A stretch of DNA of 32,000 nucleotides from Candidatus Iainarchaeum sp. (GTDB lineage Archaea > Iainarchaeota > Iainarchaeia > Iainarchaeales > GCA-2688035), in contig JAQTNI010000004.1 of the NCBI GenBank assembly GCA_028713935.1, positions 1 through 32,000 of the forward strand, given 5' to 3'. Within the stretch, counting starts at the first letter, position 1, and each line of letters opens with the position of its first letter. Position numbers and translations under genes: made by a program. Positions 24,888 through 32,000 of the stretch are shown piece after piece. The notes below the pieces were generated by a model. The model worked only from the letters and a program-made list of their open reading frames with translations, was not told the DNA's origin and ran no database searches.

Positions 24888-26423
24888 TCATTCATAAGCC
24901 CTTTTTGTTTCTCCCTTGCTATAGTTTTCCCAGGCTGTTTTTTCAAGCTTTTCACCAAAAGAAGTTGGATACCTGCCGTTTAAGCATGCCATGCACAAAT
25001 CACTGCTTCCTGTTTCCAAGCCTATTCCTTTTACAAGGCCCTCAATTGGCTGGTATGCAAGCGAATCAGCCCCCATGTGTTGCCTGATTTTTTCAAGCTC
25101 GCTTTCCGACAATTCAACCTGAATATTTTCAAGTGCAATGCCTTTTTTTGGTGCAGCAATAAATTCCCCAAATGTTGACATGTCAATTCCATAAAAACAG
25201 GGAAACCTTATGGGTGGGCAGCTTACCCTTACATGGACTTCTTTTGCTTTTCCTGTTTCCTTTATGTATTTTACAATTGCCTTTGTAGTGGTGCCCCTTA
25301 CAATGCTGTCTTCCACTAAAATGACTTTTTTTCCGCTGACAACTTTTTTGTTTATCCCGTATTTTTCCCTTGCTTTTTCAAACCTGTTATCCCCTTCTAT
25401 GAAGGTTCTTCCCACATACCTGTTCCTGATTATGCCTTCCCTGCTTGGCGCGCCAAGTGAAAAGGCAAGCGCGTCTGCAGCCGGTTTTGCAGTGTCAGGC
25501 ACTGGAACAACAATGTGCTCTTCTGAAATTTTTTCTGTTTCAATTTTTGCCAGTTCTTCTCCCAGGGCATAGCGTGCATTGTAAACATTGACTCCCTCTA
25601 TTTCCGAGGCAATGTTTGCAAAATAAACCCATTCAAACATGCAATGCGCTTTTCTCTGGCTTTTGCAGAACCATTTTTTTTCAATGCAGCCATTGTGCAT
25701 TTCAATCAGGGCGCCCGGCTTTACTGTTTCAAATTTTTCAATGCCAATGCTTTCAAGCGAAGCGCTTTCGCTTGCAGCCGCAATAACTCCGTCTTTTTTT
25801 CCTATGACAAGCGGCTTGAACCCAAGATGGTCTCTTGCAACAACTGTTTCGCCTTCGGCATTTACAAAGGCAATGCTGTAAGCCCCGTCAAGTGCAGGGT
25901 GCAAGCTGGAAAAAACATCCACTATTTTTGGCCTGGAATCCCCCCTGCAGCCTCTTGCAAGAAAGTGCATCATCAGTTCAGTGTCATTATCAAGGACAAA
26001 ATGATACTGGTTTTTTTCCAGGTCTTTTTTTAATTCTGAAAAATTTGCAATGTTTCCGTTAAAGCAAAAGCTGAACCATTTCCATTTTCTGCCGTGTTTT
26101 CTTTCAAAGGGCTGTGCAAAAGCCTTTTTGTTGCCGCCAAAGGTTGAATACCTTAAATGCCCAATCCCCTTTGAACCAAAAAATTTTTTCATTGTGCCAT
26201 TAAAAGCAGCAGTGTTCTGGACTTTGAAAACCTCATTTACAAGGCCTGTTTCCCTGAGAGTGCTCAGCAACTTTTTTTTTGAAGTGTTGAAAGTAGTTAT
26301 TCCCGCGCTTAGCTGGCCCCTGTTTTGTTCCTGCAAAAGCATTTTGTACAAATAGTAAGCTGCATTTTCCTTTTCAGGAACGCAGGCAGCCGCAATTCCG
26401 CATTCTTCCTTTGCTTCTCCCAT
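24888..26423 (-). CDS. purF: amidophosphoribosyltransferase (class II glutamine amidotransferase + PRTase)
   Basis: ORF 24888..26441, ATG at 26423 (MGEAKEECGIAA...). It has the Ntn Cys (CGI), the PRPP-binding loop VILVEDSIVRGTT and C-terminal Cys residues. Confidence 0.9.
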   Translation of the reverse strand: MGEAKEECGIAAACVPEKENAAYYLYKMLLQEQNRGQLSAGITTFNTSKKKLLSTLRETGLVNEVFKVQNTAAFNGTMKKFFGSKGIGHLRYSTFGGNKKAFAQPFERKHGRKWKWFSFCFNGNIANFSELKKDLEKNQYHFVLDNDTELMMHFLARGCRGDSRPKIVDVFSSLHPALDGAYSIAFVNAEGETVVARDHLGFKPLVIGKKDGVIAAASESASLESIGIEKFETVKPGALIEMHNGCIEKKWFCKSQRKAHCMFEWVYFANIASEIEGVNVYNARYALGEELAKIETEKISEEHIVVPVPDTAKPAADALAFSLGAPSREGIIRNRYVGRTFIEGDNRFEKAREKYGINKKVVSGKKVILVEDSIVRGTTTKAIVKYIKETGKAKEVHVRVSCPPIRFPCFYGIDMSTFGEFIAAPKKGIALENIQVELSESELEKIRQHMGADSLAYQPIEGLVKGIGLETGSSDLCMACLNGRYPTSFGEKLEKTAWENYSKGETKRAYE

Positions 26424-26463
26424 GTTACAACCCAAAAACAATAATACAATAAGAATATGATTT

Positions 26464-27507
26464 TTAATACTGCAGTTTGAATTTTAAAATAGCAGCAATT
26501 CCGCCAAACCCTTCAAGTTTTTTTCCAGGTTCCTGTTCTGCATTGATTATGTGCACAATGCCCTTGTTTTTTTCAGTTGCATCCATCAGGGAAATAATTT
26601 TTTCCCTGTTTTCAAAAAGCAGTTTGTCAAGCACAAGCAGTTCTTTTGCAGCGCCAAGTTCCACTGCTTTTTTCACCTGTTCAAATCCGTATTCCGCAAA
26701 ACCAGTGTTTTTTCCCATGTTCAAAAGCAATTCTTCCAAAAGCCTTTCTTCAAGGACAATCTGCTTTTGCCTTGAAATTTTGTCCAAAACATCGCTTTTC
26801 AATAATTCTCTCAGGCCAGTAATTCCAGTTGAATTTGTGCTTGCAAACAATGCCCCTGCAAAGCCTTTTTCCTGAAGCCATTTTTTCAAAGCATCTTTTT
26901 CAAAGCCAGGCCCTGCAAAAACAATTGTGCCCGCCTTGATTTCCTTTGCTTTTTGCAGGATTTCTGAAAAATATTTTTTTTGGGAGCCTTCTTCCTGTTC
27001 AAATCTTTTTCCTCTTGAAGAACCCCTTACAAGGCCTCTTGGTTCCAATTCAAATTCCTTCAAGAGGCCAAAGCTTGCGCTTTCTTCATCCAGAACAATT
27101 AACAGTGTGTTTTCGCTTTGCGAAGCCTTTTTTGCCTTTTCAAGCCTTTCAACCTGGTAATTTTTCAATTCCTTTTTTTTGATTGAAACAGGCTTGTTTA
27201 ATTCTATTTCAATTGTCTGGTGAGAGCCAAGCTCTTCAAATTCTGCAGGGGAACATTCAACAAGCACTCCCTGTGCCCTTAATTGCCCTGAAAACCTGTG
27301 AAAATCAAGCTTTTCAATTTCAATTGAAACAAACAGCTTTACTCTTTCGGATTTTTGCTCAACATCCTTTGCCTTTATTCTCCTGTCAGTCTCTCCGCTG
27401 ACCAAGTCTCCTTTTTCAATCACTTTTTCCAAATGCCACAAGTCATCTGCATTTTCTGGAACGACTTTTAGCAGATTAAGCTTCCTGTCAATTGAAAGAA
27501 TTTTCAT
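26464..27507 (-). CDS. pelA: Pelota (aDom34) ribosome rescue factor
   Basis: ORF 26464..27537, ATG at 27507 (MKILSIDRKLNLLKVVPENADDLWHLEKVI). It shows the typical three-domain eRF1-like pelota pattern. Confidence 0.9.
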   Translation of the reverse strand: MKILSIDRKLNLLKVVPENADDLWHLEKVIEKGDLVSGETDRRIKAKDVEQKSERVKLFVSIEIEKLDFHRFSGQLRAQGVLVECSPAEFEELGSHQTIEIELNKPVSIKKKELKNYQVERLEKAKKASQSENTLLIVLDEESASFGLLKEFELEPRGLVRGSSRGKRFEQEEGSQKKYFSEILQKAKEIKAGTIVFAGPGFEKDALKKWLQEKGFAGALFASTNSTGITGLRELLKSDVLDKISRQKQIVLEERLLEELLLNMGKNTGFAEYGFEQVKKAVELGAAKELLVLDKLLFENREKIISLMDATEKNKGIVHIINAEQEPGKKLEGFGGIAAILKFKLQY

Positions 27508-27558
27508 TTTCCCACAAAAAACAAGTGCAGGGAACAATTTAAAACTGTTTTAATGCAC

Positions 27559-27675
27559 GATTATTTTGTTGCAAATTAACGTGATTTGATATGGCTGGTT
27601 TTACAAAAGGAAAGCAGCGAGTAGCTGTTGTTGACAAAGAAAAAGGTATCAATGGTAGGTGTCATATTTGTTTTT
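27559..27675 (+). pseudogene. diverged duplicate of the ABCE1 promoter region and first ~28 codons
   Basis: The ATG 27591 peptide MAGFTKGKQRVAVVDKEKGING matches the true ABCE1 N-terminus MAGFSKGKMRVAVIDKDICING at 16 of 22 positions. Upstream, GATTATTTTGTTGCAAATTAACGTGATTTGAT resembles 29245-29281. Homology fades after about 27675. The listed ORF 27591..27791 continues into unrelated repeat sequence. Confidence 0.7.
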
Positions 27676-27689
27676 TAATTGGGACAACG

Positions 27690-27800
27690 CTACTTTTTTT
27701 GTTATTTTCTTCCAATCTTCTCCGTCTCCAATTAACCAAATTTTTTCTTAGGGCTCGAATTTCATTAGCTTTGACGGCAATTGCCGTTTAGCGAGGAAGA
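27690..27800 (+). repeat. copy B of the repeat module (conserved 35-mer plus palindromic hairpin)
   Basis: CCAATTAACCAAATTTTTTCTTAGGGCTCGAATTT (27728-27762) matches 10982-11016 at 32 of 35 positions. The flanking TTTTCTTCCAATCTTC resembles TTTTCCTCGAACCACC in copy A. The perfect palindrome ACGGCAATTGCCGT (27774-27787) follows. Confidence 0.7.
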
Positions 27801-27852
27801 TTTATAAATACTATTAATTTACTATTGATAGTAATCAATAGTAATTGATAGT
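27801..27852 (+). promoter_or_regulatory. TATA box plus iterated, alternating ATTGATAGT / ATCAATAGT operator-like repeats upstream of the AlbA_2 gene
   Basis: TTTATAAATA lies at 27801-27810. ACTATTGATAGTAATCAATAGTAATTGATAGT (27821-27852) has about 10-bp periodicity and contains the inverted repeat ACTATTGA/TCAATAGT. It ends directly at GTG 27853. Confidence 0.45.
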
Positions 27853-29250
27853 GTGATTTTTTTGGATTTGAAGCAAGTTTTACAAGTCATTGATTCGGGG
27901 GAATCCCAAGAAATTGAGTTTAAGGAATCTTTTCATAGTTCTCAAAAGTTTTCCGAGATAATGTGTGGTTTTGCAAATACTTATGGGGGCATAATCCTAT
28001 TGGGGGTTAATAACAAAAAGCAGGTTATTGGTGTTTTGGACAAAATTGATGAAGTGCAACAAAAAATATCGTGTTCTGCCCAGTCTGTTTCTCCTCCAGT
28101 ACTGCCTTCTATTGAAGTTCATGAAGTGAACGGAAAAAAAATTGTTGCAATAGTTGTCCAGCGGGCTATTGATAGTGCTTTTCATACTTTTCAGGGGGTG
28201 ATTTGGGTAAAAATAGGCAGCACTCTTAAAAAAATAGAAGGAAACCAAATTGTAGATTTTTTGAGAGGCAAACAAATATTGTGTTTTGATGAAACTCCAA
28301 CAAATGCTAAAATTGAAGACTTGGACATAAACAAGCTGAATGCATATCTCAAAGCAAGAAAGCAAGCAGATTATTTCGAATCGCATTCTATTGAGGATTT
28401 TCTTGTGAGTCTAAAGCTTGCTACAAAAAACGGGGATTTAAAAATAAAAAATGCAGCTTTGCTGGTTTTTGCAAAAGACCCCATTTTTTTTAATCCGCAA
28501 ATAGAAATGAAACTAGTCCGTTTTGATGGCAACGAACCAGTAAAAATAATAGCTCATGAACTGGTTCAATCTGGCTTAGTAGAAGGGATAGAAAAGGCAC
28601 TTTCATTTGTTAAGTCAAATATTTCCAAAAGCATTCAAGTAAAGCTTGATGCAAAAAGAGAGGAGCAATTCCAATACCCAATAGATGTTATACGAGAAGC
28701 AATAGTAAATGCGGTTGCACACAGGGATTATTTCAGCAAAGATGCCATACAAATTTATATTTTTAATGATCGCCTTGAAATAACTAATCCGGGTTCTTTG
28801 CCACTGGGCCTGCCAAGAGAATTGTTTGGAACCCTCTCTGTTCAACGAAATCCTCTGACATATAGAATACTTAGAGACTATGGCTATGTTGAAGGCCTTG
28901 GCTCTGGGGTGCCGAGAATGATAAACAGCATGAGAAAACAGGGATTAGCTGATCCGGACTTTGGGATATATGAACATTTTTTTAGAGCAATATTAAAAAG
29001 CAGGCAAAGTTCATCAAAGCCAACCAAGAGTCATGCTGACCTTAATAAAAGGCAAATAAAAGCAATAGAATTCTTAGGGAAAAACAAGTCAATAAAAACA
29101 AAAACATACATGAAAATAAACAATGTTTCATTTGGCACTGCAAGGCTTGACATTAACGAAATGATAAAATTAAGCTATCTTAAAAAAATAGGTTCTTACA
29201 AGGGAGCTTACTATATACTAAAAACTCAAGAACCAAGTAAAGAGGATTAA
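27853..29250 (+). CDS. AlbA_2 (Schlafen-like) + HATPase_c_4-like + C-terminal wHTH protein (COG2865-type putative regulator, often mislabelled RecG-like)
   Basis: 465 aa with a GTG start. The N-terminus reads ESQEIEFKESF...GFANTYGGIILLGV (AlbA_2). The middle reads REAIVNAVAHRDYFSKDAIQIYIFNDRLEITNPGSLP...RNPLTYRILRDYGYVEGLGSGVPRM. The C-terminal HTH-like region is LNKRQIKAIEFL. Confidence 0.8.
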   Translation: MIFLDLKQVLQVIDSGESQEIEFKESFHSSQKFSEIMCGFANTYGGIILLGVNNKKQVIGVLDKIDEVQQKISCSAQSVSPPVLPSIEVHEVNGKKIVAIVVQRAIDSAFHTFQGVIWVKIGSTLKKIEGNQIVDFLRGKQILCFDETPTNAKIEDLDINKLNAYLKARKQADYFESHSIEDFLVSLKLATKNGDLKIKNAALLVFAKDPIFFNPQIEMKLVRFDGNEPVKIIAHELVQSGLVEGIEKALSFVKSNISKSIQVKLDAKREEQFQYPIDVIREAIVNAVAHRDYFSKDAIQIYIFNDRLEITNPGSLPLGLPRELFGTLSVQRNPLTYRILRDYGYVEGLGSGVPRMINSMRKQGLADPDFGIYEHFFRAILKSRQSSSKPTKSHADLNKRQIKAIEFLGKNKSIKTKTYMKINNVSFGTARLDINEMIKLSYLKKIGSYKGAYYILKTQEPSKED

Positions 29251-29281
29251 TTTTTATTTTGCCAATTTGATGTGATTTCTA

Positions 29282-31072
29282 ATGGCAGGGTTTAGCAAAG
29301 GGAAGATGCGTGTCGCAGTTATAGATAAAGATATTTGCATTAATGGCAACGGATGCAATTTTTATTGCGCCTCAGTTTGTCCCATTAATCGAAGTGGAAA
29401 AGAGTGTATTGTTTTGGGAGAAGACAACAAGCCTATTATTAATGAAGATTTGTGTACGGGTTGCGGAATTTGCCCTAAAAAGTGCCCTGTTTTCTGTATA
29501 ACAGTCATCAATCTTGCCTCTGAAAAGCATTCAACTCCTGTTCACCAATATGGCGTGAATGCTTTCAGGCTTTTCAATTTGCCAAATCCAAAGCAGAATT
29601 CTGTTGTCGGCTTGCTTGGCAGGAATGGAATTGGAAAAACAACTGCCTTGAGAGTGCTTGCCGGGCAATTAGTGCCGAATTTTTCTGTTTTTGAAAAGCC
29701 TGCTGATTACAAAAAAGCAATTGAATCTTTTAAGGGAAAAGAATTGCAGGGTTTTTTTGAAAGGCTTTCAAAAAAGCAAATCCGGCTTTCTTACAAGCCG
29801 CAAAAGGTTGATGAGCTTGCAGAAATTTTCAAGGGCAGGGTAGTAAGGGAACTGCTTGAAAAAGCAGATGAAAAAAAGCAATTATCAAAAATTGCAGCAG
29901 AATTGGGAATTGATTCCATTCTTGGCAGTGAAATTTCAAAGGTTTCAGGGGGAGAACTGCAAAGAATTGCAATTGCAGCCTGTATGCTGAAAAAAGCTGA
30001 TATTTATTTTTTTGATGAGCCTTCTTCTTACCTTGATGTTAGCCAGCGCTTAAAGGTCGCGGAATTGATAAGGGGCTTGCTTGATGAAAGCACCAGCATT
30101 ATTGTTGTGGAGCATGACCTTGCGCTTTTGGACTATTTGAGTGATTATATTCACATTTTTTATGGCCAAAAATCTGTTTATGGCATAGTGAGCGGCATTA
30201 AAAGCGTGCGCAATGGCATAAACGAGTTTCTTGATGGATTTCTCCCTGAAGAAAACACAAGATTCAGGGAAAAAGAGCTTTCTTTTGGAGTAAAACCCCC
30301 TGTACTTTCAGAAAAGCGCAGGATACTTGTCGAATACCCTGTTTTGCAAAAAAAACTCGGAAATTTTTCAATGCAGACAAGCGCAGGAAGCTTTATGGAA
30401 GGAGAAGTAGTCGGGGTTTTGGGGCCGAATGCAATTGGAAAAACAACTTTTGTAAAATGCCTTGCGGGAGAAATCCTGCCTGACAATGCAAAATTAAATT
30501 TCAAATTAAAAATTGCCTACAAGCCGCAATACCTTAAGCCTCCGGAAGAAGTGCTGGTGCGGCAATTGTTTTCTGCAAAAGAGATTAATCAGCAATTGTT
30601 TGAAACAGAGATTGACAGAAAGCTTAATATTAAAACACTGTTTGAACACAAGCTTTCCGAGCTGAGCGGAGGGGAACTGCAAAAAGTCAGCATTGCCTAT
30701 AACCTTTGCCTTGGCTCTGACCTGATTCTTTTGGATGAGCCCTCCGCTTTCATTGACATTGAGGACAGGTTAAGGGTTGCCGACTGCATAAGAAGCGTTG
30801 TTTCAAGCACAAAAAAAATTGCCTTGGTTGTTGACCATGACATTTTGTTCCAGGATTACATTTCAGACAGGTTAATTGTTTTTTCAGGCCAACCTGCAAA
30901 ACAGGGAATTGCTTCAAAGCCAATGCCGATGCACGAAGGCATGAACCTCTTTTTGAAAGAAATGAATATTTCTTTCAGGAGAGACCCCCAGACAGGCAGG
31001 CCAAGGGCAAACAAAATTGATTCCCAAAAAGACAAAGAGCAAAAAAAGAAAGGAGAATACTATTACCAATAA
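29282..31072 (+). CDS. abce1: ABCE1 / RNase L inhibitor-type ribosome recycling ATPase
   Basis: 596 aa. The N-terminal 4Fe-4S ferredoxin-like Cys clusters are CASVCP and CTGCGICPKKCP. It has two ABC cassettes: GRNGIGKTT and GPNAIGKTT; signatures VSGGELQR and LSGGELQK; Walker B motifs YFFDEPSSYLD and ILLDEPSAFID. Confidence 0.95.
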   Translation: MAGFSKGKMRVAVIDKDICINGNGCNFYCASVCPINRSGKECIVLGEDNKPIINEDLCTGCGICPKKCPVFCITVINLASEKHSTPVHQYGVNAFRLFNLPNPKQNSVVGLLGRNGIGKTTALRVLAGQLVPNFSVFEKPADYKKAIESFKGKELQGFFERLSKKQIRLSYKPQKVDELAEIFKGRVVRELLEKADEKKQLSKIAAELGIDSILGSEISKVSGGELQRIAIAACMLKKADIYFFDEPSSYLDVSQRLKVAELIRGLLDESTSIIVVEHDLALLDYLSDYIHIFYGQKSVYGIVSGIKSVRNGINEFLDGFLPEENTRFREKELSFGVKPPVLSEKRRILVEYPVLQKKLGNFSMQTSAGSFMEGEVVGVLGPNAIGKTTFVKCLAGEILPDNAKLNFKLKIAYKPQYLKPPEEVLVRQLFSAKEINQQLFETEIDRKLNIKTLFEHKLSELSGGELQKVSIAYNLCLGSDLILLDEPSAFIDIEDRLRVADCIRSVVSSTKKIALVVDHDILFQDYISDRLIVFSGQPAKQGIASKPMPMHEGMNLFLKEMNISFRRDPQTGRPRANKIDSQKDKEQKKKGEYYYQ

Positions 31073-31118
31073 TTTTTTTTGCAGTTAAATTTAAGTAGTA
31101 ATTTGCTGGAATGCTATT

Positions 31119-32000
31119 ATGCGTGTTGCTAAAATTTTGCCTTTGTTTTTTCTTGCTTCCTTATTCCTGTTTCTTGGCTGTGTTGGCAACCCGACAGCAG
31201 AGTTTAATAAGGCTAATTGCAATAGGCTGAATTCCCTTTATGGCTCTTTTCAAGGCGCTGTTTGTGCAAAAGAATTGACAAAAAGCTTTGCAGTGGAATT
31301 ATCGCAATTGCAGCAGGCAGGCCACAAGGATATTGCAGACAACGTTCGCGCGGCAGCAGAAAAAAATTCCATTGTTTCCTATTCCTGCAATCAAAATAAT
31401 CTGGATGCAGGGGTTGTTTTTAAGGAAGCCAGCATTTGCAGTGAAAACCAGGAGTGTGTCCAGTCGCAGAATATTGCTTCCTGCAAATCCGCAGTTAAAG
31501 CAACAGAAATTCCTTCTCTGGAAGAAATTTTGGATTTGTGGGATAAGCAGGAGTTGCCTGTAGTAAAAATCGATGCTTTTTGCGATGACTTGTATTCTGA
31601 ACACAATAAGGGCAACAAGGTCATTGAATATGGCGCCAATAGTTCAAAGCGGGCAGATGGCACTGTTGATTATGCTTATTGGGTTAAAGCTGGTTATTGC
31701 GATCCAAGGCAGGGAAAAGAAAATAACAAGGTTGAAGTTCTTTGTGAACAGTTGGTTGGGGCGCGGTGGAAAAGCCCTGAGAGAAGTTTTGAATGGAAAC
31801 TTACAGCGGCTTATTCCCCCTGTAGTGAAACCGAATCTTGTTCTGTGGTTTCAGAGTTTAATGCAAAGTGCGTTGTTCCCAGTGCCCAAGAATTATTAGG
31901 CGATTGTGAAACAATTTCAGGGGAAATTGGGGTAACTGGGCCTGAAGCTGTTCCTCCTGTTTCTTTTAATTATTCTTTTTTTGACAATCCTGATTTGGAT
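31119..32000 (+). CDS. Cys-rich secreted lipoprotein-like protein, 3'-partial (runs off the window)
   Basis: This ORF is not in the supplied track because it has no stop codon inside the window. ATG 31119 opens 294 uninterrupted codons to position 32000. The signal peptide with a lipobox-like site is MRVAKILPLFFLASLFLFLGCVGN. Many Cys residues follow. Confidence 0.6.
   Translation, partial: MRVAKILPLFFLASLFLFLGCVGNPTAEFNKANCNRLNSLYGSFQGAVCAKELTKSFAVELSQLQQAGHKDIADNVRAAAEKNSIVSYSCNQNNLDAGVVFKEASICSENQECVQSQNIASCKSAVKATEIPSLEEILDLWDKQELPVVKIDAFCDDLYSEHNKGNKVIEYGANSSKRADGTVDYAYWVKAGYCDPRQGKENNKVEVLCEQLVGARWKSPERSFEWKLTAAYSPCSETESCSVVSEFNAKCVVPSAQELLGDCETISGEIGVTGPEAVPPVSFNYSFFDNPDLD

Noticed and set aside
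27591-27791. 66-aa ORF as an independent gene
   Set aside because: Its first ~28 codons are a decayed copy of the ABCE1 N-terminus. The rest reads through the repeat module that also occurs, out of any long ORF, at 10965-11025. It is most simply a remnant, although expression of a chimeric peptide cannot be excluded.
1-32000. CRISPR arrays, rRNA genes, IS elements or integrases
   Set aside because: I found no regularly spaced direct repeats, no rRNA-like conserved blocks and no DDE-transposase or tyrosine/serine-recombinase-like ORFs on either strand.

Overview
Dense, AT-rich archaeal chromosomal segment coding on both strands. Its gene content suggests a small-genome, DPANN-like archaeon: aEF-1beta, RpoK, S17e, class I CCA-adding enzyme, Pelota, ABCE1, Elp3, Taw3, NurA/HerA/Rad50 and a FlaI-type ATPase. 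I found one tRNA (Arg-UCG), no rRNA, no CRISPR array and no recognisable transposase or integrase. Housekeeping genes are interleaved with accessory or selfish genes: a RelE-type TA pair, a free-standing LAGLIDADG endonuclease and an AlbA_2/Schlafen-like regulator. Observations most worth follow-up: (1) A diverged repeat module made of an ABCE1-like promoter/5' leader plus a conserved 35-mer and hairpin occurs upstream of both the LAGLIDADG cassette and the AlbA_2 cassette. The AlbA_2 cassette sits between the divergent pelota and ABCE1 genes and is flanked by a duplicated ABCE1 5' end. (2) A 510-aa protein looks like a family-B DNA polymerase that has lost its exonuclease domain and its motif C aspartates. 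(3) A non-canonical tight cluster reads nurA, CX5A phosphatase-like gene, Zn-ribbon gene, herA, frameshifted transglutaminase-like gene; it has no mre11, and rad50 lies 4 kb away on the other strand. (4) A coupled operon encodes a metallophosphoesterase, a stand-alone PEP-utilising swivel His domain and an unknown 349-aa protein. (5) A wHTH gene, a small Rossmann-like (possibly CARF-like) gene and a membrane-anchored Hjc-like PD-(D/E)xK nuclease gene lie in series. (6) A 103-nt non-coding element is closed by perfect 13-bp inverted repeats. All functional calls rest on motif reading by eye; no database search was run.
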